Positions 1 through 12,790 of a stretch of 64,000 nt of DNA are shown piece by piece (within the stretch, counting starts at the first letter, position 1; each line of letters opens with the position of its first letter). This DNA is from the human T2T-CHM13v2.0 reference genome, Homo sapiens. A model generated the notes under the pieces. It was not told the origin of the DNA, ran no database searches, and saw only the letters and a program-made list of their open reading frames with translations. A program made the translations under genes and the position numbers. Where the stretch lies: NCBI RefSeq assembly GCF_009914755.1, contig NC_060930.1; one strand, 5' to 3'.

Positions 1-240
<240 letters not shown>

Positions 241-1879
241 TTAATTAGCAGTGAGGACTGCAGTTAACTAGTACGTGAGTGACCACCATGGACTGTGCCT
301 ATGCGTTACCATTTAGGCCATGACTGGCAAGGGCTCCTGGAAACTGGGGAGCTGTGTCATTTATGTGGCTCCAACTTTGAAAGACTGTAGGAAGGAAGCT
401 CACAGGTCTGTTGAAACAACCCAAATCACAGGCATGCTTACTGTCTCTTAAGGTGAGTAGTTTCATATTCTCTAGGCTTTTTTTTTACTGCTACAAAGTG
501 GAGTAATAATTGTCATTATAACCACACTCAGTGGTTCAAAAAAAGTCCAAGCCTTTCTTTTGTTGAGAAACTTGAAATCCACAGTATAAAGGGGCTTGCT
601 GCCCCTTTAATAACATCTATAAAGCCTTTATTCCAGGCTCAGTTTTGCAATCTTAGGAAAAGCACATGTCCTCTCTGGGCCTAGTTTCTTTGTAAACCGA
701 GAAACCTGGATGGGCTGTTGAGCCTCCTGCTGGCTCTCAGTCCGGCAGAAAGCAACAGACTTTGCCAGAGGAGGAGGGCACCTTCCGAAGTACCAGGCAA
801 GTTTCCTGGGTAAGTTAACAAAAAGGGTGTTAAGTATAAAAGTAATGTTGATTTTAACAGTGACTGATAATAGTTGAAATATCTGGATATTTTTTCTTTA
901 CATTCTCCTAATAGGGGTGTCATGTTTTTCAATGTATTTAATATTTATTAATGAATAAAATCACCTGTTTTAGTAGAGTTTTATTTTGAAGGGTAGGTAA
1001 ATAGTGAAAACAGTAAAAATTCTGCTCAGTTAACCAACGTGAGGCCAAAACATTCTTGGGCTCAGTTTCCCACCAGATAAGATGGAGATCTGTTTTCTGA
1101 TCTCATTTAAGAGTGTCTTTTGACCAGCCCCATTCTTCCAAATATGGGTTAGTTCTAAAAAGAAACAAGTTTGGAAAACCCTGCCTGTTAATAATAACAA
1201 TCTCCCCCTTGGAGATTCACATGCAATATTTATACATTATCTGTAGGAAAAAATACATTAGGCTTTATTTATCGCCCAGCCATTCAAACTTGGAGCTCTA
1301 GCTCTTTTTTTGGGGAAACACCTTTTACTAATTCTGGATGGTGCTCCATGAGGCACAGCCCAGGGGGCGGGGAGGTGTGCTGGGCTTGAGGAGCTCCCTG
1401 TAGGACCCTTCCTAGCTAGTGTGGGCTGAGTTCCATGCTCATTTTACCAGCCGCAGGTGAAATGCAGCCCTGTGAGAGCAAGATTTGAAAACTGAAGAAG
1501 GAACATCATGGAGAAAAATATTTAGAACTTTCTTTGTTTTTAAATTAAGTTTGAAAGTATTAGGTGTCATCTAATATTCTTTTGCCTTCAATTAACTCAG
1601 TATTTTCAAATGAGTTTAAATAGGACTTGTTTCCTTACGTGCAAATTTTCTCTAAGTTAGATATTCCTTCTTCAAATATATAGCTTCTACCAATGTGTGT
1701 CAATGAGGCCTGCATGTACTGAAAAGTAATAACTTTCATAGTGAACTTTGTTTCCCCTTAGAGAATAGAGTTTAGTAAAGTATCCAGTTAAAAAAAATTC
1801 AGTCATTTTAAGTATATTTCAAACTGGAGAGGCTAGCCATAAAAAGCAAACAAAATGAAAGAGCAAACTTTAGAAACTT

Positions 1880-2040
1880 GGCCGTGTGCGGTGGTGCGCA
1901 CCTGTCGTCCCAGCTACTCAGGTGGCTGAAGCATGAGAACTGAGAACTGCTTGTACCCAGGAGGCGATGTTGCAGTGAGCCGAGATGGCGCCATTCCACT
2001 CCAGCCTGGGTGACAGAGCAAGACTCTGTCTCAAAAAAAC
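1880..2040 (+). mobile_element. Alu right monomer (5'-truncated)
   Basis: Alu right arm with A tail; 14-bp TSD aaactttagaaact at 1865 and 2042. Confidence 0.9.
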
Positions 2041-2333
2041 AAAACTTTAGAAACTAAAGTTATTTTCATCAAAATTTGTAGTTTACTAATAGGAGGAACA
2101 GGCTTCTTGTGCCAGTCTGAGAGCCAAACACTGGTGATTAAAAATAAAACTCTTACATATGGGGAATGAAGGGCCAAAAAGAAGTTTTAATGTCTGTTTA
2201 CTCATTGTTATCAGCATAGTGGTTGCAGGATACAATGGAAGTTGTGTAAGATTTCAATAATGCAACTTGCAGTTTCAAACATATGTAGCTATATTGAGCA
2301 TAAAAGAAGTTTAATTGTATTTGAATATATTCC

Positions 2334-2598
2334 TTTTTTTTTTTGAGACAGGGTCTTGGAATGCAGTGGTGTGATCTTGGCTCACTGTCCCCCCAGGCTC
2401 AAGCCATCCTTCCATTTCAGCCTCGCGAGTAGCTGGGACTACAAGCATGCATCACCATGCCCAGCTAATTATTTGTAGAGACAGTACAGTATTTCACCAC
2501 ATTGCCCATGAAGGACTGGTCTTGAACTCCTAAGCTCAAGTGATCTACCTTGGCCTCCCAAAGTGCTGGGATCACAGGTATGAGCCACCATACTCAAC
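2334..2598 (-). mobile_element. Alu (J-like)
   Basis: Poly-T then gagacagggtct ... cccaaagtgctggg. Confidence 0.9.
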
Positions 2599-2699
2599 AC
2601 CCCCTTCCCCTACTCTTGACCTGCCATTTCAGGAGCATATATTCTTTACTTAATTTAGAAAAGGAAATCCCATATATTTGATATAAAGTATAATAATAC

Positions 2700-3279
2700 C
2701 TTTTGATTGTTACAGTAACAAATTACCACAAATTTTAGCAGCTTGAAACATCACAGACTTCTTATCTCACAGTTCTGTAAGCCAGCAGTCTGGGTTGGCT
2801 CAGCTGGGTTCTCTGCTCTGGGTCTTCCAAGGTCAAAGAAGGTCAAAGTCAAGGTGTTGGCTGGTTGGACTCTTACGGGGAAACTCTGGAAAAAACCTAC
2901 TTGCAGTCTCGGGATGTTGGCAGAATTTAGTTTTGTGCGGCTGTGGGACTTAGGTCCTGTTTCCTTGATGGCTATTGGTTGGGGGTTGCTCTCAGGTTCT
3001 AGAGGTCCCCCTTCCTCCATTGTCAAAACCAGCAATGGCAGGCTGAATCCTTTACAAGCTTCCAATTTCTCTGACCTCCCTTTCTGCTGCATCCCTGACT
3101 CCAGCCAGAGAATGTGCTCAGCCTTTAAGGGTTTATGTGATTTGGGACCCCTCAAGAGATAATCCAAAGAGCAGCAGATGAATATCCTGCTCCCTGACAG
3201 CAAGCAGTATCTAGGTAAGTGTTTGAATAACCAGGGTAGGAATCTTGGGAGGCCATCTGTAGAATTCTGCCCTACCACA
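2700..3279 (-). mobile_element. MLT1 (MaLR) LTR
   Basis: Typical taacaaattaccacaaatttagcagcttgaaaca and cctaccaca terminus. Confidence 0.75.
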
Positions 3280-3475
3280 TTTTTTGTAGTTTGTTGCTTT
3301 TGTTCAAGACCATATTAAATCAAGAAAGACAAGTAGGTAGTCCCATCTCCTCTCCAGCAGATTATATGCAAATGCAAGACCCTGACAGTGACAAAGCTCA
3401 AGCACTAATCCTGCTGTGACTGTGTTCAACTTTATATCAAACCACTAACAACATATATATGTCAATAAAACCTTA

Positions 3476-3682
<207 letters not shown>

Positions 3683-4146
3683 CTACATAAACAAGGCAAG
3701 GCAATACTTACTTACATGCTTCCAGAGCCCTGGTTGCATTTATCCAGAGCACAAGAGGAAACCATCAGAAATCACCTGCCCAATAGCCCCAAAGCTCCCC
3801 ACCCACTCTGAGATCTGTCAGAGGGGGTGGGGATTCTCATCAGTAATGGAGCTTTACTCCCCAAAGTGAATCTTGAAAAGCTTGAGGACTTTCTGGAAAC
3901 CCTGTATCCCCTCCTCCCATCCCCACTTGCTTTCACAGTGATGAGGGAGATTAAGGGACTTGTTCAAGATCTCAGGACCTGCCCAAGGCAAAATAAATAG
4001 GGTCTCTTCGTATGTCATTTATCAGATACCCAAATACAAATGGTACAAATGGGTTTTGCTCTCCTTATACCACTTTGTGGTCCTATCCACAAAGTTAAGT
4101 CAAGAGCTGCCTACAGATGGTGTATCTGAAAACCCCAAGAGGGCTA

Positions 4147-4365
<219 letters not shown>

Positions 4366-7216
4366 TTAATCTAATGGGAATTCAAATGATAGAGCACGGT
4401 TTCAAATACTGATTAACTTAAAAACCATGGGTTAACACTGCATTTAAAAAAAAGCCTCAATTTAAGTTCTGTTATGCACTGTGGAAATATATCATCAATA
4501 CCACAATGCTAATCCATATGGTGGATCTGTATTTTTCTAAAAGCCTCTAGAACTTAAACGGGAAATGCCCCAAAGGGAACAGATGGTCGGTTATGAGAGA
4601 TGTATGATAATGAAAGGATAGAAGCATGGCATCACAAGGAACCTGTATTTTGGGAAGCTGAACTTACAAATATAAAGCAAGACCTGCAGCAGTGTTTAGT
4701 CCTCTAGGTTGCACCCAGCACCCGAGCCGGAGCTGGCTGTGGGAGTGCTCGTGTCTCCCCTCCCCGCGAAGACGGAGGTGGAAGCGCTCTGCAGAGGCAC
4801 GCTTCCCACCCCACCTCTGCAGGAGTCTGACATGGTCGGTGATGGGGAGAAAGAAATTCCCCAGTCTTGCCCTCGGTTATTAATGGAAAGAACAAAAGGA
4901 ATTGGGTGGTGAGGTAGCGTTGCGGCAGAGCATCACATTATGTTTTCTCAATTCCAGAATGAAAGATCTTCAACGTTTCCCCAGAGAATCTGGGCTTTAT
5001 CATCTGCAAATCGTTCCAGTGTATTAAACCAAACAAATTACTTGGAGAAACATTTACAGGGCCATGAAATATCTATAAGTAAAGGCCAAAAGTCAAAAGC
5101 ATGTCCTCAAAGGAACAGATGTCTGAAATAACGGCCTTTGAAATGAACAAAGAGCAGACACAGATCTAATTAGATACTTGAGATTAACCACTTCTGCTGA
5201 AATTTAATTAAAGATAAAGCAGTCCTACTGAAATGTTTTTCATATCAAAACAAATGTTATTAAGATTTCAGTAAGAAATTACCAGTGAATTTAGAACAGC
5301 TAGGATTACTTAGTTACTAGGAATAACAATATTTTGGGTATATGACTACATTTTAAAAAGAGCATTAAATTTTAAAGTCAATTAACAGAATGGAATTTAG
5401 ATTTACCAGTGTATCATATCCTAGGCTATAACTGGAAAAGGTCTATTTCTGGTCCTTTCATCATGGCCTAAATTTTGAGGAAGTTTATAAATCAGTCTAA
5501 ACATAGTCTACTGTTAGCCTTAGTCAATCTTGAACCTGCCTAATCCCAAGACTGGAAAATAACTTGGTTCTAACTAATAAAAAATGAGAGAGCAGACTAG
5601 GACCAAATTACTCTTCCCTCTCAGAGCATGGTGGACATCTGATGACCAGAGGGGTTTTCTGGAGAATAATCCAGTTATTTCAGGAGAGGATCCCAGGATC
5701 AGGGGACCATGAGTAGGGGGTATGGTGCATAAACTACATACAATTTAAATAGGAAATCAGGTGAGTCAAGGGGTTCAGAATTAGCATACATATTTGGGAT
5801 CAAACATATGGTATACAGAAATTTTATCCTCTTATCACTCATCTTTTAATATCAGTTTCACAGTATGATTTTAGTGTAAACTCTAATATCAGCTCAAAAT
5901 TATGCAATGAATTCTTTGCAGTTTCAAAGACAGTCACAATCAGTAGTTTCTGGGGATGATAACTGGCAACGATGGACCAGATGGCCGGCCAGGGGCACTC
6001 ACTTTCACTAAGGTGCACTTGAGGAGTCTGCTGTCAGCCCCTGGGGTGCATGCTGGATGCCCGGGGGTCATTTCTAAGCCTTTCCTGCATATGGTACCTA
6101 ACAGGTACTTAATGGAAATCTCTTTACAACAGGTTTACCCTCATGTTCGCTGATTTGATTTGATGCAAAAAAAATCCAGAGCCTCAGGCCTCTGGTTTGG
6201 GATGGCATGGGAAACAGAAGAGAGGTACAGATATCTTAAGGGTGGTCTCTGATGCTGAGGAGACCCCTCTCACCTGGAGCTGCTGACCAGCCCCAAGCAC
6301 TGGGGTCCTGGTAGGCCTTATGATAAATGATGGCTGAAAAGACTGGGGGAAGCATAGAGCTGATGGAGGTGAAGGTGCTTTCCCATGTCCTCCCTCCCCC
6401 AAAGACACAGGACAAGTGAAGAACCTCTTCAGACCACTGGTTAGTCTATGAATTCAATTTCAGATACACAAAAGCCTGGGTGAGGGGTGCTCCACATAGA
6501 AAGAAATGGAAGAGATGCAGCTTTAAAATACAGACGATCATTCAAAAAAATTGTGACCATTTGGGGTATAAAGTTGGGTATTAGTCAATCAGCTAGAATA
6601 CATGCTTCAGGAGGCCACAGAATGGAGACGGAATAAAACTAGAAAAATGATTGTTTTTGTGTCTAAAACTAATGCACGACAGAGTCACAGCAGCAATGCT
6701 AGGAGGATGAGATTCCTCAGCAATGCCGGGAAGATCTGAGAAAACCAGCAGGAGGATGCCCACACTGGGAACAGAAAGCTCCAAGATTGCTCCTTTCTCT
6801 TAAGAGAAAATGACCTGCCTTGACTTCTGTTTCAAGACAGTCAACTAATGCTGAACTATAAAAACAAGGCTAACAAGAGACAGAATAAATACCAAAAAGC
6901 TCTCCGAGATTCACTCCTGACAGTGATAATTAAAAACACAACCTATGAGTTGTTAAAAAACCCCAAAATAACAAGGAATGCTTCTGAAAAATATGTACTT
7001 CATCTATTTATTATAACAAAGGAAAATAAAATGTGAAAAGTGAGTTGTTTTTAAGGGGGGAGTGGTGCCTGTGTCTGATAATATCCTTGTTTTTCATTCG
7101 TCTAGCCAAAAAGCTTTCCTGCTCCAAACCCCTTCAGCTCATTCAAACAGGAAGGATCAGCACAACCTTAGCTTTGATTATGTCAGACTTGTGTTTCTGT
7201 AGAGAAAACACCTCAC

Positions 7217-7311
7217 CTTTATGCCACGTCTCTCCATATTCGCCACCTCCTCTGATGTTGGCCACTGCCAGGATACCACCCATGTGTCTCACAAAAATAA
7301 GCCTGGAAACA
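7217..7311 (-). CDS. PREP: PREP coding exon 12 (95 bp, phase 2-1)
   Basis: Manual translation gives [31 protein letters not shown] (S9A NIRGGGE motif); acceptor ctcag|TG, donor AG|gtgag. Confidence 0.96.
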
Positions 7312-7518
7312 CTGAGAAGCAGTAAAAACAGTTAACCTTCCATTAACTGCCTAGTGAAGACCATGCCCTCTCTCTCCATCTCAAAAAAGTGTATGCCCAA
7401 CAACACTCTGAGTAATATCATCTCAATAGGAGCTTGACATTTCTTTTATTGCTTGATTAAAGTGAAAAACACATAACTTCCTGTTAATACTTAACTGCAA
7501 AGCTAATATATATACATA

Positions 7519-7804
7519 TTTTTTGAGACAGAGTCTCACTCTGTCACCCAGGCTGGAGTGCAGTGACACAATCATGGCTCACTGCAACCTCCACCTTCCG
7601 GGCTCAAGTGATCCTTCTGCCTCAGCCTCCTGAGTAGCTGGAATTACAGGTGTGCGCCACCATGCCTTGCTAATTTTTGTATTTTTAGTAGAGATGGGGT
7701 TTTGCCAAGTTGGTCAGGCTGGTCTTGAATTCCTGACCTCAAGTGATCCGCCTGCTTTGGCCTCCCAAAGTGCTGGGATTACAGGCGTGAACCACTGCAC
7801 TCAG
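7519..7804 (-). mobile_element. Alu (S-like)
   Basis: Dimeric Alu; TSD gcaaagctaatat. Confidence 0.93.
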
Positions 7805-8604
7805 GCAAAGCTAATATGTTCTCACAAGCATTCAGTGTCTTATTTTTCTACGTTGATAAATATTTCACTACACCATTCATAATATAAACAAACAGAGAAA
7901 AAACAAAACACTGCCAGCCCAGGCATGAATGGTGCTGGGCTCACAGGAGGACCTGATAATGGTTCCTTTTATCATTTTTTGAGTAACTTTCTCCAAACTG
8001 TTTTAAGTTGGAAAAAAGAAAAAGCTTTTTCTGGAACATGGATTTTTAAACATGTATTCCAGTTCTACAGAAATTTCTATGGTAAATTAGCCAACACAGG
8101 GTGTGCAAGAGGTAAAGGAGATCAGGAATAGAGTTCTCAGGGCTGGAGGATATTTTCTCGAGATAAGCAGAAGAAACTATAGCACAAACCCTCTAGGAAA
8201 GAGCATTAAGTCCTTTGGAAAATTTGGATTTTGTTTCCCCCTTCTCTTTCCACTGTGACCCTAAAAGTACTGAGTGACATGCTGTTAACTAAAATTAACT
8301 GTGCTTTGAGAACTATTTCTGAGAACTGTGTCACTCTTTTAGCAACTGGGGAAACCATGGGCTTCTATAAACTGAAGGTTCTCAATGGTTTGAATGCTAA
8401 TTTCCTGAATATTGAGGATGAACAGGAAAGGTCAGATGAATTAGGGTAGATGTATCAGACCATCCAACCACACCTTATTAGCCAGATTGATGTTTGATCA
8501 CTTGGTCCTCTCTTCAAGACTTTCATGCATCTCTGATGGTCTCTCCTGAGACTACTATTAAATGCACTGGGTTCTGGGATGAAAATGGCCCCGGGACTCA
8601 TCTC

Positions 8605-8735
8605 TTGAATCCCAACAGGGCAGGCTTAATAAATGCTTGTTGCCCAAATGAACAAAGACAAGTGGTTTTAGCTACCACTTGTCTTTGTTCATTTGGGCAA
8701 CAAGCATTTATTAAGCCTGCCCTGTTGGGATTCAA
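8605..8735. repeat. Perfect inverted repeat: 62-bp arms, 7-nt loop
   Basis: 8605-8666 is the exact reverse complement of 8674-8735. Confidence 0.97.
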
Positions 8736-10215
8736 CAGGATCCACTCAGGAATCAGTGTTGTCTTGATCCTGGACCACCTGCTGGGACCAAGGGAATGGG
8801 GCTCAAGGTGACTCATTGTCCACTGATGAAACACGTGTTCACTGCCCCACACTCGAGCATCACTGTGAGTTAAAACTGAAGCCTGCATTTTAATACTTTG
8901 AGTGATATAAGGATTAGGTTAATATAATAAACCCCAACATTTATCGTCTTGCTTTTTTTCAAGGGGCAAGGTTGCTCTACCTGAGGCTTGCATTCTTAGA
9001 CTAATAATCACAAAGAATAATATGGCATGTAATATTAACACATAGATACCAATGTGTTAATATTACATATTTGTTATTACAATGATAACAAATCTCGTTG
9101 CCTGGGAAACTTTGGAAAGAGATGGGAAGTCCTCATGTCTGGAATGTTGCCTGGTATATGGCGCTGTCAATATAGAATGAATGAACAGCAACCGTTATGA
9201 CACTTTTCTAACTAGTTTCCCTTCATTTACTCATATGATGATGCCACATATATCTTTCGAAAATATTGTTCTACATCGTGATTTTACACAAAAACCTCCC
9301 ATCAGCTCCTTGCTAACAAAAGGATAAATGCAAACTCTTCTGCCAGATATTCGAGGTCTACAATTTCATTATAAATCACTTGAGGGCAGGCATCATATTT
9401 CATACTTCATTAAATCTAAAATAATGAGCTTCTACAGATATTGAGTGCTCAAAACAAAGTACCAGTGTTCTTGTATCCAACTTCAGGACAGATGGTTGAA
9501 TCTATTCTGAATTTATGTCCTGGTAGTCACCAGTCCATGAATCTCTTCCCAAACAGAAAAGATCCTGGATGAATCTGTGAATCAGATTTCATATGGGGTT
9601 CTATTTAGAAGTTGGCTCAAAGCTAGTCTTGCTGGTGGGAAACTCCTTGTTTTTATTAAAAGTGCTCAAAGCAAATTCCACTTTATACTAGCAATGGGAT
9701 ATTAAAATCAAGTTTGCAAATAACAGAGAAGATATTTATACCAACAATAGCAAACATATAAATGTAGAATTTTCTCCCTGAACGTAATTATCTGGGAAAT
9801 AATCACAGAAACAGCACACAATAGTCTAAAATAGATGATGTAACAGAGTATACAGAAAACATTTATGGCTGAACGTTAAGACAGTCTATTTTAAGACTCT
9901 GCTGGTGAAAAATATCATCAGCTAAGAAATCATTCCCTCTGAAGAGAATACTGAAGGTAGTGCGGTGGCAGCAAATGACAAACACTGAAGAAAGGAGCTT
10001 CCTTTAAGACCTTGATTAATACAAATCTTCTGTAGTCACGCAGCCATAGCCTCCCAATCCAGTTCCCAAACAACCTGTTACACTGAGGACATTTTTGGTT
10101 GTTTTTCAAGATTAGCTTGAAATGATCCTTCAATTCCTGGTCAACATTTCAGATAGTTAACACATAATCCTGCCCGTCTATGAAAACAAGCAGCAAGAAT
10201 TTTGTAGAACTGTAA

Positions 10216-10532
<317 letters not shown>

Positions 10533-10607
10533 TAGTAGAGCACTCTGGTTTGTTTCCACTATATGGAAAAGATAAAATACTGGCACTCTGAGTGCGTTCC
10601 GAGCTCA

Positions 10608-10745
<138 letters not shown>

Positions 10746-12790
10746 CTAGAATATAAGAAAGCAGAATATAAGATTTAGCATTACTTAGTAGATACTGCGT
10801 GCTTTTAAATGGGAAAAATAGTAAATTCTCTCTTCATGATGTACAGTAGCACAGTGAAAACCTAGTACCTCTCAAGGGCTATTTGGTGAAGCACCTTTCA
10901 GTTTTTATGGAGAGAATGTAGAACAGTTTAAAGAGGCTGCGTTTGAAAACAGGGAGACCTGCATTTGAATTCTTATTCCACAACTATCTTGCAGGATGCC
11001 CTTCACACATCGTTTATCCTCTCCCAGCCTCAATTCTGCATCCCCACATGTGGCCATCGTGCCCACCTCTCCAGGCCTTCCCGGGGCACACAGAAAACAG
11101 GCTTTCCATTCTCTGCTCCTTCTCATCCCTCTCAGTGCTGGGAGGGGCACATTTGCCATCCTGCCAAGCAACTCAACCTAGTGAGACTTATATTCCAGAA
11201 AACAAATTTCATATTCAACTTCCTCTCTAAATGTTAAGATGCTCAAGACGTCATTTTTCTATGCTGAACTACTAAACAAATGCTAGCAGCAACAAAATTT
11301 ATTAGCTTAGAAAGTTGATGAGGAAAATCATAGAAATCCTATTATTCCTGGTTAAACAAAGACCCTTCTCTCCACTATTGATAATTAAGGTTCATAAAGC
11401 CTTCTTGAATCTGGGCTACCTCTGGCAAGTTCAAAGTAAACATCTCCTTATCCTTTTGGATAAAGGATTTTAAAAAAAGCCATAAGGAAGGGAACATTAA
11501 AAGCTAGTCAACTGATAAGCCATAGAATAAATAAGCCACAAAAAGCTGATAATGCTTTTTTTCCCAAAAGGAAAAGCTGTGAATAGCTTTCTCTTTGTGT
11601 AAACATGGTGTTTTTACCCCCAAACAACCCCTGGAAAGTGCTCCAGTTTGGAATCATCTTGTTGACCTTACGTTCCAGTCATGGGCATAAGCCTTTACAC
11701 TTCATGTGACCTGGAGCCATATTTTATCCATAGCTTTTTAAGGTAGCAGTTCTGTTGCGCAAAGTTGCCACAAAGTCCATAGAAATAACCATGGTGGGGG
11801 AAGGGCGGAGGGGGAGAGTGGCAGGGATGCAGATTTAGAGATAGGAGTTATAGGACCATGATAAACGCCTGCAATCTGGTAGCTTTTTGAAACCTGCCAA
11901 GAAACAGTAACATAAAAAGCATTTGTTTCGGACTCTGCAGAGAAATACTGAGATATACATTTAAATTTGGCATCTGACGAATCATGGAGAATACACTTCA
12001 GAGTTCAAAATTATCAGAGGGGATACAGTTTTATTTAAAGTTATTTAGTGCCAGTTAGCAGCCACCAACAGAGTGTAACTGTGTGGGTAGGTACAAGTAA
12101 ACACGGAGTAAGAGGAACAAGTTCCAAGGGACTGGCTGGGATTAGTGAGCTAAAATACATAGCCTTCAACTCAAGAGTTAGAATTCACAGCACTATACCC
12201 GCAGAGGCAACAGCATCAATGAGCAAGCGAGCAAACCGTCTCACATGATGCTACCTTCACTGTTCGAAAAATCATCTGTTCAAAAAACCGAATTCCCTCC
12301 AACTACCCCCAGCTTCTCATCTAGTTTCAAATCCAGGTCCAGCTGAATTCTCCCCAGGCTGACCCCTCCTCATGTACCCTGATCTTCATGCAGCCAGCTG
12401 GACTGATACACTCCTCATCCCAGCTGACTCTCAGACCCTCCATCATTCCCAAAGTGCTCTCTTGATGCTTCATGACAATTCAACTTCCTCCTCCCATATC
12501 ACTTTTCTTGCTACCATCTGTAAGATTTCCAGTATCTGAAAGCCAGCCTGCAACTCTCTTATCTGACTCCAGGACAAAGGCATCCTTGGAGAAAACCATT
12601 GAAAGCACAAAGTTCCCATTATCCCTGTAGTTGCAGAAATATATCCAAGCTTTAAGTTGGTGTGGTTCTAATGCTAAAAACAATATTTTGAAAGCGGTCC
12701 AAAATGAAAGGACATTGTGAAGATGACTTAATTGTGGGCAAGAAAACTCCTTACAAGAAGTTTCTTTATTTTAGTCTTGAAATAAACATA

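Noticed and set aside
2743-3278. Overlapping 139-aa and 175-aa ORFs
   Set aside because: They lie within an MLT1 LTR and have no recognisable protein similarity.
8494-8888. Two ORFs on opposite strands sharing an identical peptide
   Set aside because: A consequence of the DNA palindrome, not coding evidence.
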